This document shows positions 13,180 through 26,592 of a DNA stretch of 64,000 nt, in pieces. The DNA is from Amoeboaphelidium protococcarum X5 (taxonomy: Eukaryota > Fungi > Aphelidiomycota): assembly GCA_023515725.1 (NCBI GenBank), contig JALDTO010000200.1, positions 669,123 through 733,122 on the forward strand, written 5' to 3'. Every line of letters starts with the position of its first letter. Position 1 is the first letter of the stretch. A program made the position numbers and the translations under genes. Under the pieces are notes generated by a model. The model worked only from the letters and a program-made list of their open reading frames with translations, was not told the origin of the DNA and searched no databases.

Positions 13180-16160
13180 TCATTTTAGCAACACCGTGTT
13201 TTAGTTCCACACCAAAGAGCGCGTCAACAACTCCAGTATGACAATAGATACGGAATACACATCGCTAGCCGTCCATAAAATCATACTAGAAGGTGTAAGA
13301 TTCCTATATAAGAGAATGCTCTCAGGGGAAGCATAAGAAAGTGATATTCCACGCAACGAGCTAACTTAAAATGCTTTGACTTGTAAACCTTCAGGATTCA
13401 GCAACTAAGAGATACCAAAGTCTGTCATAACAGGCCACAGCAAGCCATCTCCACGCGTCTACAGTAAAATATTAGCCGGCTTAACATCGCAATGAGCGAC
13501 TTGAATAGCATGCAATTTTTACAGCGCCACTGCAGTCTATTTCAACAAATGAACAATTTAGCGCTTCGAATACCAAAACTTCATACTGTCCACATTCTTG
13601 CCGTGAATATAATCATTCAAAGATCCAAGAGAATAGTATGACAACACCATTGAGTACGGATTATCAGAAAAGGCAATAACTATCGCAAACAGAGGATCAT
13701 CGTTAAATCGATAAAGTAGACTTACTTCCTGGTAGAATGGAGCCATTTAGTATTTCTATTGATACTACGTTGTCTCCTCACTGATAACTTTGCAAACGGC
13801 AAGCTATTGCTACTAGTTACGCGACTGAACTTGGCTCGTAAGCAGCTGGCATAAATAAAGCTCGCCACCTCCACCTGCCGCAAGTTTCTGCATGTTGCGA
13901 TAATCTACACCAAATTGAGCTTACAGATGAGCGGGGATGGAGATTTCCATGGAGGTATTCATCATTGTGGCGCCTTAAGTGGACATAGTAGAGCTCGTAT
14001 CACTCCGAGACGCTTTGTAAGACGAATACACCTAATAACTACTTGGAGCAACCAGCACAGACTTTAACTGCGTTTATATTTTGCGCATATTCCGACGTAG
14101 ACGACGAATCTAAAAAAATGCACATACTGCCATGCCTATAAATGCAATAGAAACGCCAACTACAATAGGGGCGAATATCGGCAGATCAACCAACGATACA
14201 TTCTACCCATTAGCATTGCCGTTATTACTGCTCACAGTTGACTAGACTTATTGGTTCTGGGATTATGAAGATAGCAAAGAGCCTACCAAGCTGCCAATAA
14301 CAAATTGAATAGATGACGCTGGAGCTGGAGCTGCCTGGCCAGATCTTGAACTCGACAAAGTGCCCATTTAGCTTAAAGACTTTAAAGTGGCACTAGTCAC
14401 TAAAGAGATACCAACTGGAGACGATACAGTGGAGCTCAATGTCGCAGACGATCTGGCATTCGATGTTAAGTAGGACGAGGTTAACGCCGGAATTAAAGTG
14501 ATTTCCGATGTAGAATCCATTACTTTGGCAGAAGAGATCAGAGTTTCTATGTCAAACACAATAGTGATACTGGTCGTAGTGGACACAATTGGATCAGCTT
14601 GAGGCAGCTAACTGGTAGAAGTAACAAGTAGAGTAGTGACAACAGTCAAATCAGTCGTGGGCACATTTTAACTCGAGGTAGCCGTAGAAGTCCCAGAGGT
14701 AGACACATCAGCCGTAGTACCTATCAGAGACTACGATGATACTTATTAATCTACCGTGGATAGGGTCTCTATGGTGGATGAAGTTGAAGATAAAGAGCCT
14801 AGTGTCGAAGTCGTTAACGAAGAGGGGAGCGACTTGGTGGTGGTACTAGTCTTGGAAGAAGTCGTTGTAGGCAATGTATACGTTGATGTCACCAAAATAA
14901 TTGACATGGAGGTACTTAACACAGGCAGTGGCGCATCAAACGATGGTAATGTAGTATTGTCCAGATGGAGGATACAGTTGGGACTACAGGACAAAAACAT
15001 AAGCTCACGTTAAAGACCAATATCAACCTTCGTAGGACCAATTACTTACAAAGTGGAGTACAACGTACGATTCTAACCTGATAATGTAGAGAATGCATAG
15101 TAATTGACAGCCGTGTTAAACCACTCACCAGAACAAATCCACAAGTCATGCCTGGAATCATATACTCCGCCGTAGACAACCTCAACCTCGGCATTTGAGC
15201 CATAGATGATGTTATATGCAGTGTCCATCTCACCTGTAGAAGAATAACGACCAATGTAAATTTAAGTATCACCACCAGTATCAATTCCGTTAACGTTACC
15301 TTGCACTTTACCATACACGTACAATGTGTCATTTTTGGCCAGGAGAGCCTGATACTCACTAAATGTGGGGGAAAGACCAGTAGACCACAGCGGACTACCG
15401 TCACTGTAGCGGACAACCTGAACAAAGGCCGTCTATGAATACTTCTGAGTCTGCAGATAGCCAGCGAAAGCTACACCGACGCCAGGAAAGTCAATACCAA
15501 AACCAGCACTGTCATTTCTTGTACCGCCTGCTAACGTGGCCCATCTGAATGTACCATTATTAGCAGAGTAAGTCATACAAAAAGCATCGCCATTACCCTG
15601 ATTGACATTGGTAGTACCCAGGTTGCCATAAGTCATACCAGTCACTCCAACCAATGCATCAGAGTCGGCCATAAAGATAGAGGTTGACAGATCATATTAC
15701 GCAGACTATAATACGCGATACCAGGCCACAGTAAGATTCTGATTATACTTCAAGACAAAAATGTCATCATTAAAGACACCAGTGATGTAAATATTGCGGT
15801 TGGCATTAAGAATCATATCAACAACTTCCGATAAACCACTCCTAGATTAAACTTTACGGCAGGAAGTGTTGTACCATTGCGATGCATAGGCACAATGACG
15901 GTGGAGGCGGTGGACGGATCATCGCACAGAATAAGATACGAGATGCTTTCAGTAAAGCTCAGTGCGCGCAAACAGGAAGTTTAACCACCGACAGGATACT
16001 AGATAGTTAATAACGACATTAGAGATTGAAAATACAGATGCAAAATGTAGCTTTTACTAATAAGAAGTAGAAGAGGAGAGAATAAGATGACGACAGCGCT
16101 GGTTAGGCCAACAGAGACCGCATATTACGTAACAGCTAATTACAAATCGCCGTATATCAT
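13180..16160 (-). CDS. Receptor-like protein kinase: beta-propeller (SBBP-like) ectodomain, Ser/Thr-rich stalk, one TM helix, kinase domain ending just after helix F; apparent frameshift near 15850
   Basis: Ectodomain repeats NIYITGVFNDDIFVLKYNQNLTVAW and GDAFCMTYSANNGTFRWATLAGGTRNDS; mucin-like S/T tract 14370-14900; TM PIVVGVSIAFIGMAVCAFF then RRLRR. Kinase motifs LAAGGGGELY, AVCK, FYQEVSLL, HCDVKPANILL, TDFG, YASPE, SDVYS; TGA 13180-13182. The hydrophobic N-terminal part (16160-15850) is in another frame. Confidence 0.8.
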
Positions 16161-16648
16161 GATCCAATCACACGCTCTCAGAAACCAAAAGCTTATACAG
16201 CCATACACGCGTAAAACCAAAACTATGATTATGGTATAGACTAAATTCATCAGGCACATTATTAGGAATGAATATGTAAGTCCTTGCTCCACTGAAGATT
16301 TTGCGTCAATGTATTAACGCGATACAGAAGCATTGTGAGTAGTTCGCTACGAGTGTATTCTGAATCACGCTACATTGTCACAACAATTGCACATACCATT
16401 AGCTGTCTCTACTATCACAGGAGCGGACTAATATTTAAAATTGAATCATAGCTTAAAGTACAACTTAAAACCATCACCTTAGCTGGTGCGTGCGCAAGTA
16501 AGCTTTCCTACAGAATGCAGATCGCTAGCAAACTTGCTCGGAGGGCACTTTTCCTCTCGCGGCCTCCTCGACCAAAGTTTTCTCCAACAAGATTTTCCGC
16601 AATAAACACCGCTGAACTCCCTCTAAGGTACATATCTATCTAGAACAG

Positions 16649-17056
16649 ATGGCAACTGTGGCACCTATCGTATCAAAGAATTTATAATCTGTAATTATAC
16701 TTTAATGTTCACTCTTTTTAATCAATCATAACTTATTCTTATTTTGAATTGGGTAGTGGCTCAGATGGACTGCGCTGGGAAGTGGATTAGTCTATGGACT
16801 GTACCACAATCGGGCTCTGTATACCGAATGGAAGAAGGAACACGACCATCACGTCCAGGTTGAGTCTCTGAAGAAGAAGGCGGAAGAGCTGTGGGATGAG
16901 CATGTAGCGAAAGAGACTGGAGGTAATTTATCTTAGATATATTGCATTTATGATGATTGATTTCACTGTGTTCGGTTTGTAGTCGTTCTCAACCCAGAGG
17001 ATCCTAATTTCGATCTGGAGAAGGCTTTTGCGTATGTCACTGGATCTCAGGCTTGA
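16649..17056 (+). CDS. ATP21: Mitochondrial ATP synthase subunit e (Tim11/Atp21); introns 16670-16756 and 16923-16982
   Basis: Spliced product MATVAPIWLRWTALGSGLVYGLYHNRALY...KKKAEELW...LNPEDPNFDLEK: GxxxG TM plus the fungal-type EDPNFD tail. Confidence 0.85.
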
Positions 17057-17163
17057 ATATGCGAATAAAGTGGAATAGGATTAATAAAGCAACTTTATTT
17101 TATTGCGCGTTATATCATCAAAGCATTACAAACTCCACTCAGAATTGTTCGCGTATTCTGTAG

Positions 17164-18009
17164 TCACTTCCACCTGACATTCATATTGTCCTTTTCGGCG
17201 GTGTCCTCGGGCATTATGATTTTCCCTTATCGCAATTTCACCTTGTCGCCAGTGGATGACAAGTTTTCAGATGGCCGTGGGTTGAACAACAGCGGTTTAT
17301 GTGATTTTTACAACAACTTTATCGCAGATTGTCCCACAGGTGGCGGCCTCACTGTTGCAGCAGTTACTTTCTAATTCTTCTCATTTTCCTGTTACATTAC
17401 GCCATCTTCGCGATCTGACCGCAATTACTATTACTACTACTTCTACTAATTACATTGCGAGAGACTTAATATTTTAGCTTAGAGAATCTGATTCTCCTTC
17501 TACTTGTCTTCCAGTTGGGATTATTATTTCGAGATAATTAATTGGAGCTCTTGGATGCGTCCATTCAAGCTGTCTACTTGCTCCTAGTACTGAGAGGAGA
17601 GCAATTACAATTTTTGATTAGTCAATCTTTCATTGTCCAGTTTAACAGCTTGTAATTTCGTCAGAAAGTACTGCTTAGACTCTTTGTATAGCTTCTCATA
17701 GTGCCCCTGTGTATTACTGTTATTGCCGCTACTCATGCCGCCGCTGTGATGTTTCAGTTGAGGAATAGCTTGGATGAAACGAAATGTTTCGCGACAAGGA
17801 AGCTGCTCGTTTACGGTATAACATGCTTTTTAGATTTAAAGGCCATGCCATTATTCGCGTTTATTATTCCAATGGATAATTTGATAATTTTGATGTTTTT
17901 TTGATCGTCCAAAGCAGATAGATAAACTGCACACAGTATCTAGTGGACTTTAATGCTCAGCTCGGAGTTCGAATAAAGTTTTAGAACTCAAGTGATTAAA
18001 TCGGGACAT
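17164..18009 (-). CDS. Hypothetical coiled-coil, Gln-rich protein (start uncertain)
   Basis: TGA-free frame from about 18330 to TGA 17164-17166, with heptad region HYEKLYKESKQYFLTKLQAVKLDNERLTNQKLQ...LNGRIQELQ. First in-frame ATG at 18009; an upstream exon is possible. Confidence 0.55.
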
Positions 18010-18605
18010 TTATACCGCAGCAATCGTAATGAACGAGATACTAGCTAGAATAGACGCCTGGGAGTTCTTTGGATAAGGCAATAAATGATCGAAATGAAAT
18101 TGACGGATTTAGATCACCTTACCACTATGAGTTCGAAGCTGGTCATCATTTCCAAATTGCTGATACAAATAAACTTCGTGGAGCCAAGAGCTTGAAGATC
18201 GACTCACTACATAATGATTGATTAACAGAGAAAAGAATGATGTCGAGGGAATTGTTCTTGTACATGCCAAAAATATTCCAAGCGATACAAGTTGATGATC
18301 ATTGTGAAACTAGACGCAAACCAAAAGAGTGACGTTTCACCAAAGGCGCCCGTCAATGTCTGTTTGAAACGCGCGTTTCAACAACTTTTCTGGCTCAGAC
18401 AGGAAATGATCGATGGATTTGATGATATCAATTGTAAGGTGTGTGTGTGGAGTCATCATGAAAATATTACACTCTTTGTACTGATTGTGATAGTCATCCC
18501 TCTTTTTACATCACTCGTTTTATCAAGTTTGTCTATAAAGTACACCTTCGTTCAAGTTTGTATCTACTAGTAATCAAGAATAAATTTCTATAGATGAACT
18601 TGAAC

Positions 18606-19919
18606 ATGCAAAGAAGATTGCTTCTTCTGAACATTTCTGTGGTGGTCATTCTTCTGGTCATTGTTACTGGGCATCTACTGTATGGTGAAAGTGGAAATGG
18701 TGAATAATAGTCTCATTCACTCATGATTAGGCGCACACTGACTACTAGTAGGTATGGTAGTATTGGTAATAATGAAGATGATGAAGATAAACTTGATTAG
18801 AAGTTCTTGAATGCAGATGTGTCTCGCAATGAGGTGGTCAACTCAGACGAAACATTCGAGGGCGCGCAAAGTGACGTCTCTGATGGTTTGGAGTGTCCAA
18901 CATATGATGGAAGTTCTTTACTATCATACCTCCATGATTCGGGAAAGCGATTGGTCAATTTTATATTAGGAATTGGGTCGTATTAAAAAAGTAGCTACAA
19001 GAGTAATATCACAAAAGTCTAGTTGGATTTCCGATCTATGGCTGATCCTAAGCATAACCGGAGTGAAGAGTTGGTGGTTGTTATGGCTGCCTCGAGCAAT
19101 CACTATTAATCTATCGCTGGTACTGCTGGTCAGTTGAGAAGATTTCATGCCAAGCAGAAAATAATAATCTATGATATTGGTCTTGAACAGGATGAAGCAA
19201 ATGAAATTTAGAAGTGGTGCGGTGTAGAGTACCGTCAGTTTAACTTTGAATCATATCCTCAATGGATGGATGTCTACTAGTCTCATCGCGGTTAGTATGC
19301 TTGGAAGCCCATGATCCTATATGAGGTGAGCAAGCAGTACAATAACTTTATCTGGTTGGATGGAGACGTTCTAGTTGTGCGCGATCTGGGAGTTGTCAAG
19401 TAACAATTATAGAGTCAAGGATTTGCTAGCTCACAGACTGTGGGAACTGTTCGATAATGGACACACCCAGGTACCATATAGTACTTGTTTAGAAAGAGTA
19501 AGCAGTTTAATCTCAAGTCATAAGCATCTGCTCTCAGATTAAAGCAAATCTTACCCTTGGCAAATGCTAATGGGGCCACCAACGCGTTCAATCTTACTAA
19601 TACTCGTGCTCGACAATTGTTTCAGGACTGGATAAGTAAGTTTTCTAACTGTAGCGAATTAATCTCTTATCTAACTCGTTAATTGATTTAATTGTTTGTA
19701 GGATGTTCCTCAGAAAAGTAATGTATTGCACCATGTGGATCTTCGCGTAAAAATCATCGTCAAGATCAGGCTGTGCTCACTGTACTTGTCCACATTTATG
19801 GGATAAAGTTGCTAGACAAGGGCGCACTTGGTCTATTTCCTCATCGACCGAGTCCTCTAACAATCGAAGAGTGTAAATAAATATTGATGTAAGGATGCAA
19901 GATCTCTCCCGCACAGTGA
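18606..19919 (+). CDS. DUF1647-family type II membrane putative glycosyltransferase, paralog 1; intron 19636-19701
   Basis: N-terminal TM; motifs VVMAASSNH, IIYDIGL, YRQFNFESYP, YAWKPMI, IWLDGD, WTHPGT, CIAPCGSSRKNHRQDQAVLT. Confidence 0.75.
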
Positions 19920-20527
19920 GGTAGTTGATGGAAATTATGAATGTTATTCTTTTAATATTATTCTTTGGAATTCACAATCTAGAGTATAAGAAAAGTCTGT
20001 TTCTTTTGTATGTCTGTAGGCAACGTACCGCGAGGTTTTACCTTGGACGATCACCCTGAATCCCACCCATATAAATTTTGATATGGCAATGTTGATAAAT
20101 CCATTTGAGGTAGGATGATTATGAAACATAAAAATTCGCTTGTGCACACCAATCCAGAGTCGGTCGAATATATCTACTGTCTCTACAGTTGTTAGCTTGG
20201 GTGCTTTCTGCTCTTAACTGTTATGGGCCACGTTGACTGCCTCTGATACTCAACTCGTATCAAACATCAAAGCACATCCATGTGGCAATACTTGTTACGT
20301 TGGATAAATCCTAAGCTCAAGAGTCCCTTTCCTAGTCGTTTGAATCTAATCTATAAACCGTTTCGACGATCTTCAACTTGGCGTGGCTTAGCTTTGTCAG
20401 ATGGCTGGCTACATAGCGCGCGCGAATTTTCGACTACAAGGTAGGCCGTGTCTTCGAAAGCTTTTACTATTCACTTTTGTTGTCTTTTGCCACTATCAAA
20501 TAGGTCCTTTGAATATAATATCTTTCT

Positions 20528-21850
20528 ATGCGATAGAATTTGCGTCTGGTTTACATCTCTGCGGTCGCCACTCTATTGGTAATTGGAATTGTACAGATTC
20601 TCCATGGTTAATAATAGTATCATCTCCATAAGATTAGGCGCTATGATGGTAAAATTCATCGTGGATATGAAAGTGTTTCAAACGATGATGATACTGATAA
20701 ATTCTGTGCTCAGTTGAAGGTATCTAGGTCTGGTGTTGAAAATTTCAATGATTTGAATATCGTCTCTGAGGAAGTGGAATGTCCTGTGCCTATTGACAGG
20801 TCCCTGTCGTCGTACATTCAAGATAGATCAGAGCGACTGAAGACGTTCATTTTTGGGAATGATTCATATCGAGAGAAGAGTGATATCAGCAAGTTCCAGT
20901 TGGATTTTCGATATATGGCTGATACGCAGTCTAATCAGAGTGAGGAACTGGTAATTGTTATGGCAGCTTCGAGCAATCACTTTGAATCCATCGCTAGTAC
21001 TGCTGCATAAGTAAGAAGACTTGATGCAAAATAGAGAATTATCTTTTATGATATCGGTCTTGAACATGATGAAGCAGATCAAGTCTAGTCTTGGTGTGGA
21101 GTGGAGTATCGCCCCTTTGAATTTGAGTCGTATCCGCGTTGGATGGATGTCCGCAAGTCTGACATTGGGGAGTATGCATGGAAACCGATGATCTTGTATG
21201 AGGTGAGCCGGTAGTACAATAACTTTCTATGGTTGGATGGAGACATTCTACTCACCAGAGATTTGGAAGTTGTCAAATAACAGCTAAGAAGTCAAGGATT
21301 CGCTAGCTCGATCACTGCCGGCACCGTTAGACGATGGACTCACCCGGGCACCTTATGTTACCTTTTGAAATATCGCCAGAAATTTAATATCAAATCTAAC
21401 GTATCTGCTCACACTCTTGAATTGATTTTACCTATGGATAATGCGAATGGTGCTACCAACGCGTTTAATCTCACAAATGCTCGCGCACGGCAGCTGTGTA
21501 TAAGACTGGATAAGTAAGTTTATGTTTACCCGACCCATTTTATATTTACTCGATACCCATCGTCGATCTTATAATAATAACTTGTAGGATGCGCGTCAGA
21601 AAAGTTATGTATTGCTCCGTCCGGATCTTGGCGTGAAAATCATCGTCAAGATTAAGCTGTGCTCACTGTACTTGCTCACCTTTATGGGATGAAGCTATTG
21701 GACATGGACTCACTCGGTCTTCTGCCTCATCGGTCGAATCCTTTCACACCGGAAGAGTTGAAAGATATTCTGATTAAAAAATGCGAAATCGCTATCACAT
21801 AGGACGTAAGATAATTCAAAATTACTAATGCTATTGTACAATCACTTTGA
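20528..21850 (+). CDS. DUF1647-family putative glycosyltransferase, tandem paralog 2; intron 21514-21587
   Basis: Same motifs and the same intron position (W-I-R) as paralog 1; divergent N-terminal stem. Confidence 0.75.
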
Positions 21851-21891
21851 AGACAACAACAACCGTATGATCTACGGACGTTATCATAGAA

Positions 21892-24800
21892 TCATTAAAT
21901 GTCAATTAATATCTCCTGCGTGCACCATTTCACCATATTTATGTACTTTGCTGAATCAAAACCATCATTATCGTCATAATTATTAGGCTTAACGTCGCTA
22001 CGAATCTATTCGAAGTTCCAAACTAACTTGTACTAACCTTTGCATGCAAAAATCATATCAATTTCTTGTGCAGATGAGCCAGCACCGAAAATCAGCTCTT
22101 GCGATCCTTGAATAAAGGCAGCACCGTCCAACTTGAAGGATATTTCTTCGTCAGCCTCGCAAACTTCTTAGATAATTCTATATCGGAAAATGCAGATACA
22201 ATCGAAATCATTTTGATCAGATCCGACTAGTTTACAATCAACGCGAAGGCTAACCCGTGCAATTCCATTCTAATCAAGTTGATACTTTTGATACTTGCCA
22301 CCAGGAGTAATTCGCAACTCATAATCCAATTTTAACAGCAAAGCAAGATTCTAAGAAGAGAAATCTATATGATCTTGAATGTCTATATGATTTAGCAAAG
22401 ACATATTTGAAGAATCATCAAAGCTATACTCAAAACCAAGTTATCCCATGCAATATCGTCTCAACCAGTACGCAATTCTCAAATTGGACTCACGACTTAT
22501 AGATAACGCGGTAAGATCACAGAGAATCTAAAGTTTAGACAATAAATCGGGCCGATCTTGACCAACAATGGAAATAGTATCACGCCTGTCAAGAAGTTTC
22601 TTGATCAACTGGGCAGAGTCATGAAATGGCAAATCGTACAGGATGGCTACATTTTTCGACGCCAACTCCTTTGCAAGCTTTTTGAGTCTTTAGTAGAGAT
22701 ATAAATAGTTCTCTTCACCACTTTCGTTGGCAACAACGTATTGCCGCTTTACATCACTTGATTGAGGAATCGAAGGAATGTCACTTAGAGGATCATCTTC
22801 ATTAAAATCCTAATCGCAATACTCGCTGAATCTCTGCACCAGCTATTGAACTGATATCGGAGATATCTTTACATCAATGATAGAACTCGACTTGGAGGCA
22901 ATAATAATACCAGCATCATTAAGAAGAGGTGAATGTACTGTCATAGATTTAGTGGTGAGATTCACCAAATTTGCAGTGAGATGACAACTTTTATCTTCTA
23001 CAGAAGAGTCACGAATGCAAACTGAATTAATATCCAAAGCATTATGAACCTAGACTGGGAAAGTAACTAATTATTACCTTGAGTACTATCCATCACTCTA
23101 TGTCAATTCAAAAAGAAGAGATATTCGTGCTAATCCAAGACGGCCACAGATTTGAACTTCAACATTATCATCCTAGATTGAAAGTACTTTAGCTAAGACA
23201 TCCACATCAGTCCAATTCTTCATCTAAGCCCCAAAGGTGTCGATACAATCTTACACAGTAACTTTGAGACAATTAACGTCAACTTTAGGGGACATTTAGA
23301 CCGAGCAGCTAATCCGCTAACCTTCGAATAAAACAAGTGCTTGCTCTAAACATAATTTCAATAGTGGCAGATCATCAATCAGAGTAAGTGATAACATATT
23401 ATTTAAATCCACAGTCTAATTGATTTAAAAACCTCCATCTAAATATTGATTAACTACCCATCCTTGACTAAGCTAGATTCTAAAACCAGCAATCATAACG
23501 GTACCTTGACTTGAGTTCGACAGGCATTAGAAAGTCCCATTGATCACAACTTCTGATTATGCTTAAAGCGTCAAAGTACCAGAATAATCAAAAGTGCAAA
23601 TTGTCTCTATACTATTTTCACCAACAACAATTAAACTAATATCCTCCACCTAGAGCTCATACGGATATGGATTGCGAAAATTCAGATTAAAATTAATAAA
23701 CTCTTGTACAGAATATACTCGATCGCCTCCTTTAACATCAGAAGGAGTGATGCTGAATCCAGATAACAAGTTGCCAAACGCACCACTTTAATCATGAAGT
23801 TAACTGTACTAAGAAAGAGACTCGATAGAGCGAAGCACGATACAACCATTTTGGGAACTAATAGATGGGCCTGCCAGGAATGAAAGTTTACTAAAAACCT
23901 TCTGAACAAATTCCAATAAATCTCCATCCATGACAACATTTGATCGAAGCAAGTCTAGAGAAATATCCACAGACTGCCTGAGATGATTCAAGCTATAAGC
24001 TGTGTCTTTCATAGAGTAAAGTAAATAAATGAGAACGTTCAACCAGCCCTTTCCAACTATTAAACTATCATTAGCTAAGAGATATAAGATCTCAAAGGGA
24101 CTCTACAGAGGAGCAAAATGTCCTTTAGCTTTTCGATCATGGACTACATTAAGACTAGATTGATATTTCTTGTAATGACCATACACTTCATTGATGAGAG
24201 AGAATACGCGCAGAGATAGCTGCACTCTATAATTATCCGGCAGGTACTTTACGAGAGAAATCTTTGGGTCTAGATCCGTTTCTTTGACTCTTTAGTAAGA
24301 ACTAGTAAGACTTTAGAATAAGCCAGAAGAAGATTAAAGCTATGACGACGACTAATTATTATTGGAGGAGGCTGACGGGAAGAAATCAACAATTGGACTA
24401 ATTTTACTAAATGCCGACGCTGAGAGCGGGGTATGAGTAGACTTCTCTTCAAGCACTGGATATAGAATGGAAGTCTATGAGAGTTCAGCGCATACTACAA
24501 CTAGATAAAATTTGCAAAGCAAAGCCTTCCGGTTGCATCCAAGACCACAGTATAATCGATGCATAAAAGAATACATCACGAGTAGATCCTGAACATTATA
24601 TCTACTATCAATGCCATTTTCTTCCAAATCAATAAGGAGAGGCAATGCCACTCGGGACAACACTTCAATGATTAAGGACTTTGTGACATTAAGACTTGAG
24701 ACACCAGCACTTTGTAAATCTTTAAGTCTGCTGCCCACCTGCGATTTACCTCCTCCATTTGCATCTCCATCATCATCCTCAGAATGAGATTAATCAGCGC

Positions 24801-26088
24801 AAAACCATGGCACATATTAAGAATCTTTAATCACAAATACAGAGTAGATATCATAGAGAAGAGATGCAAATCTGAGCATAAACAGAGCCTAATATTGAGT
24901 AAACGGCTATTTAGAGACGAGTTCATTAATGGAAGAGTAGGTATCAAACATATCATTATTAATGAATCGAGCGAGTTTAGCAGCATAGTCGGCAATAGGA
25001 TTGGCATCCTTGTCAGAGCGCCCACCAGTGTTGATGGACTTTTGTGACTTGACATCATCGCCGGTATTACTGCTCTAAGATGACACCAAGTCGGCCAGTT
25101 TATTGATAATTGACAAAAAGTGGATTTGAAGAAGAGCTTCCAGAGTTAAGCAACTGTACAGAGGATCACTAATATTCTTCATTGTATCCAGTGCTTAATT
25201 ATATAACGCCACTGCTTTAGCAATGTCCCCAACACTGAAAAGGAGATGACCCTGCTGCACCATAATTCTATGAGGTAGTCGCTTTTTATCCTTCAGCTGC
25301 TCGTTATAAGAACTCAGCGAAGAATAGCTCAAATTGCTATTGTTGGTAGACAAATCTGAACGGTACCGTCTACCACCACCAATAGTTGCAGATTTGGGAG
25401 GTTACAGCAATTGATCTTGTTATGACTAAAGCTAAGAAGTGTCTTCTGAAGCTGCAGTTACATCCGGAGTGTACACGGTATAACCATAATTCATCAGCAA
25501 AGTTTAATTCTTCTCCATGTACTGAATAAACTATTACTTCTTCTTGATCAAATCTTTACACAGCTCCACAAGGAACGTATGCAGATAAAACTCAACTTTA
25601 TCGCTTTAATTAGGGACAACAATTATACTATCATTCAGCATTTTTAAACTGGGATACACATTGTAGGCTCTGTCCAAAACCTATTTATTATCGATATCCT
25701 GTAAATCTGGCTCAAATGCAAAGATCTTGTATTAAGTATTGGGGTAGAGTTGGAGAATCTGTTCGATATCGCTAAGAACTTGGAATGTATCATTCATGAC
25801 ACTTGAATGCTGGATGAAGAGGATAACTGCATCGAAATTAGAGGCAGATTGTGATGCAAACTCTAAAGGATATTCTTCAATACGGCCGACAGACTTTAAT
25901 TCAATCACAGATTTTAAATCGCAATAATGACTTAGATATAAACAAGATTCCGAACTTTGATTGCTGCTGGAACTAACACCTTGAATAACTTCATCAAATC
26001 CCAGCTTTCTTTCCCTGGATTAGAAGGCGTCAAGATATTTCTAAGTCTACTCCAGCTAATCAACATTCAATAACTTAAACTTTATCAT
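21892..26088 (-). CDS. TRS120: TRAPP II complex subunit Trs120/TRAPPC9, about 1398 aa
   Basis: KKRLPHRIMVQQGHLLFSVGDIAKAVALYNQALDTMKNISDPLYSCLTLE (TPR region), GLGCNRKA and NFRNPYPYEL motifs. One frame joins track ORFs 22843, 23809 and 24475; TGA 21892-21894. Confidence 0.75.
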
Positions 26089-26319
26089 TTTATTTTTTGG
26101 CGCAGTAGAATAGATGTTTCAGCACAGTTGAATGGAAGAAGAAACGAGAGACGCGCCCACTTGAGCTTTGGGCAGGAAAAGTGTAGAAAGTGAAACGTAG
26201 TATTTCGTTCGCTCTTTCTCCCTGAAGCTTTTGATCGCGTCGTTCGTCACTCTGAGATTTTTTCCATCCATCTGGCTTTGAGTGATTGTGATTCTTTTGT
26301 ACTGTAGAAAAAACTTGAC

Positions 26320-26592
26320 ATGTCTGAAGTTGAGAAAAAGACGATCAAGATTGTTTGCGCCTGTAATCAGAATCTATAATAGGATGATATTGTGAAGCTC
26401 TGTATGCCGTTTGGGGAAATTGCGCGTGTTCACTTGCCCGCTACACATGGTTAGGATGCTTCAATTACCAATGTGTAGTAGTCAAATTTTTATTTGGTTC
26501 AATTTGAATCTGCTCGAGATGCTGGAGCAGCGGTTGCTAATCTGGATTAATCTGAACTAAATGAATAGACAATAAATGTGTAGTTAGTGTGA
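26320..26592 (+). CDS. Small stand-alone RRM protein resembling the RRM of cyclophilin E (PPIE/CYP33), 90 aa
   Basis: LCMPFGEIARVHLP...YLVQFESARDAGAAVANLDQSELNEQTINVQL versus PPIE FIPFGDITDIQIP...[31 protein letters not shown]. Confidence 0.7.

Noticed and set aside
15842-15857. A 16-nt micro-intron (gtaaagtttaatctag on the minus strand) repairing the receptor-kinase frame
   Set aside because: Removing 16 nt gives the wrong phase and leads to a TGA.
19925-20520. Possible minus-strand gene between the DUF1647 paralogs
   Set aside because: The frames I read contain TGA stops and no recognisable motif, so I cannot support a call.
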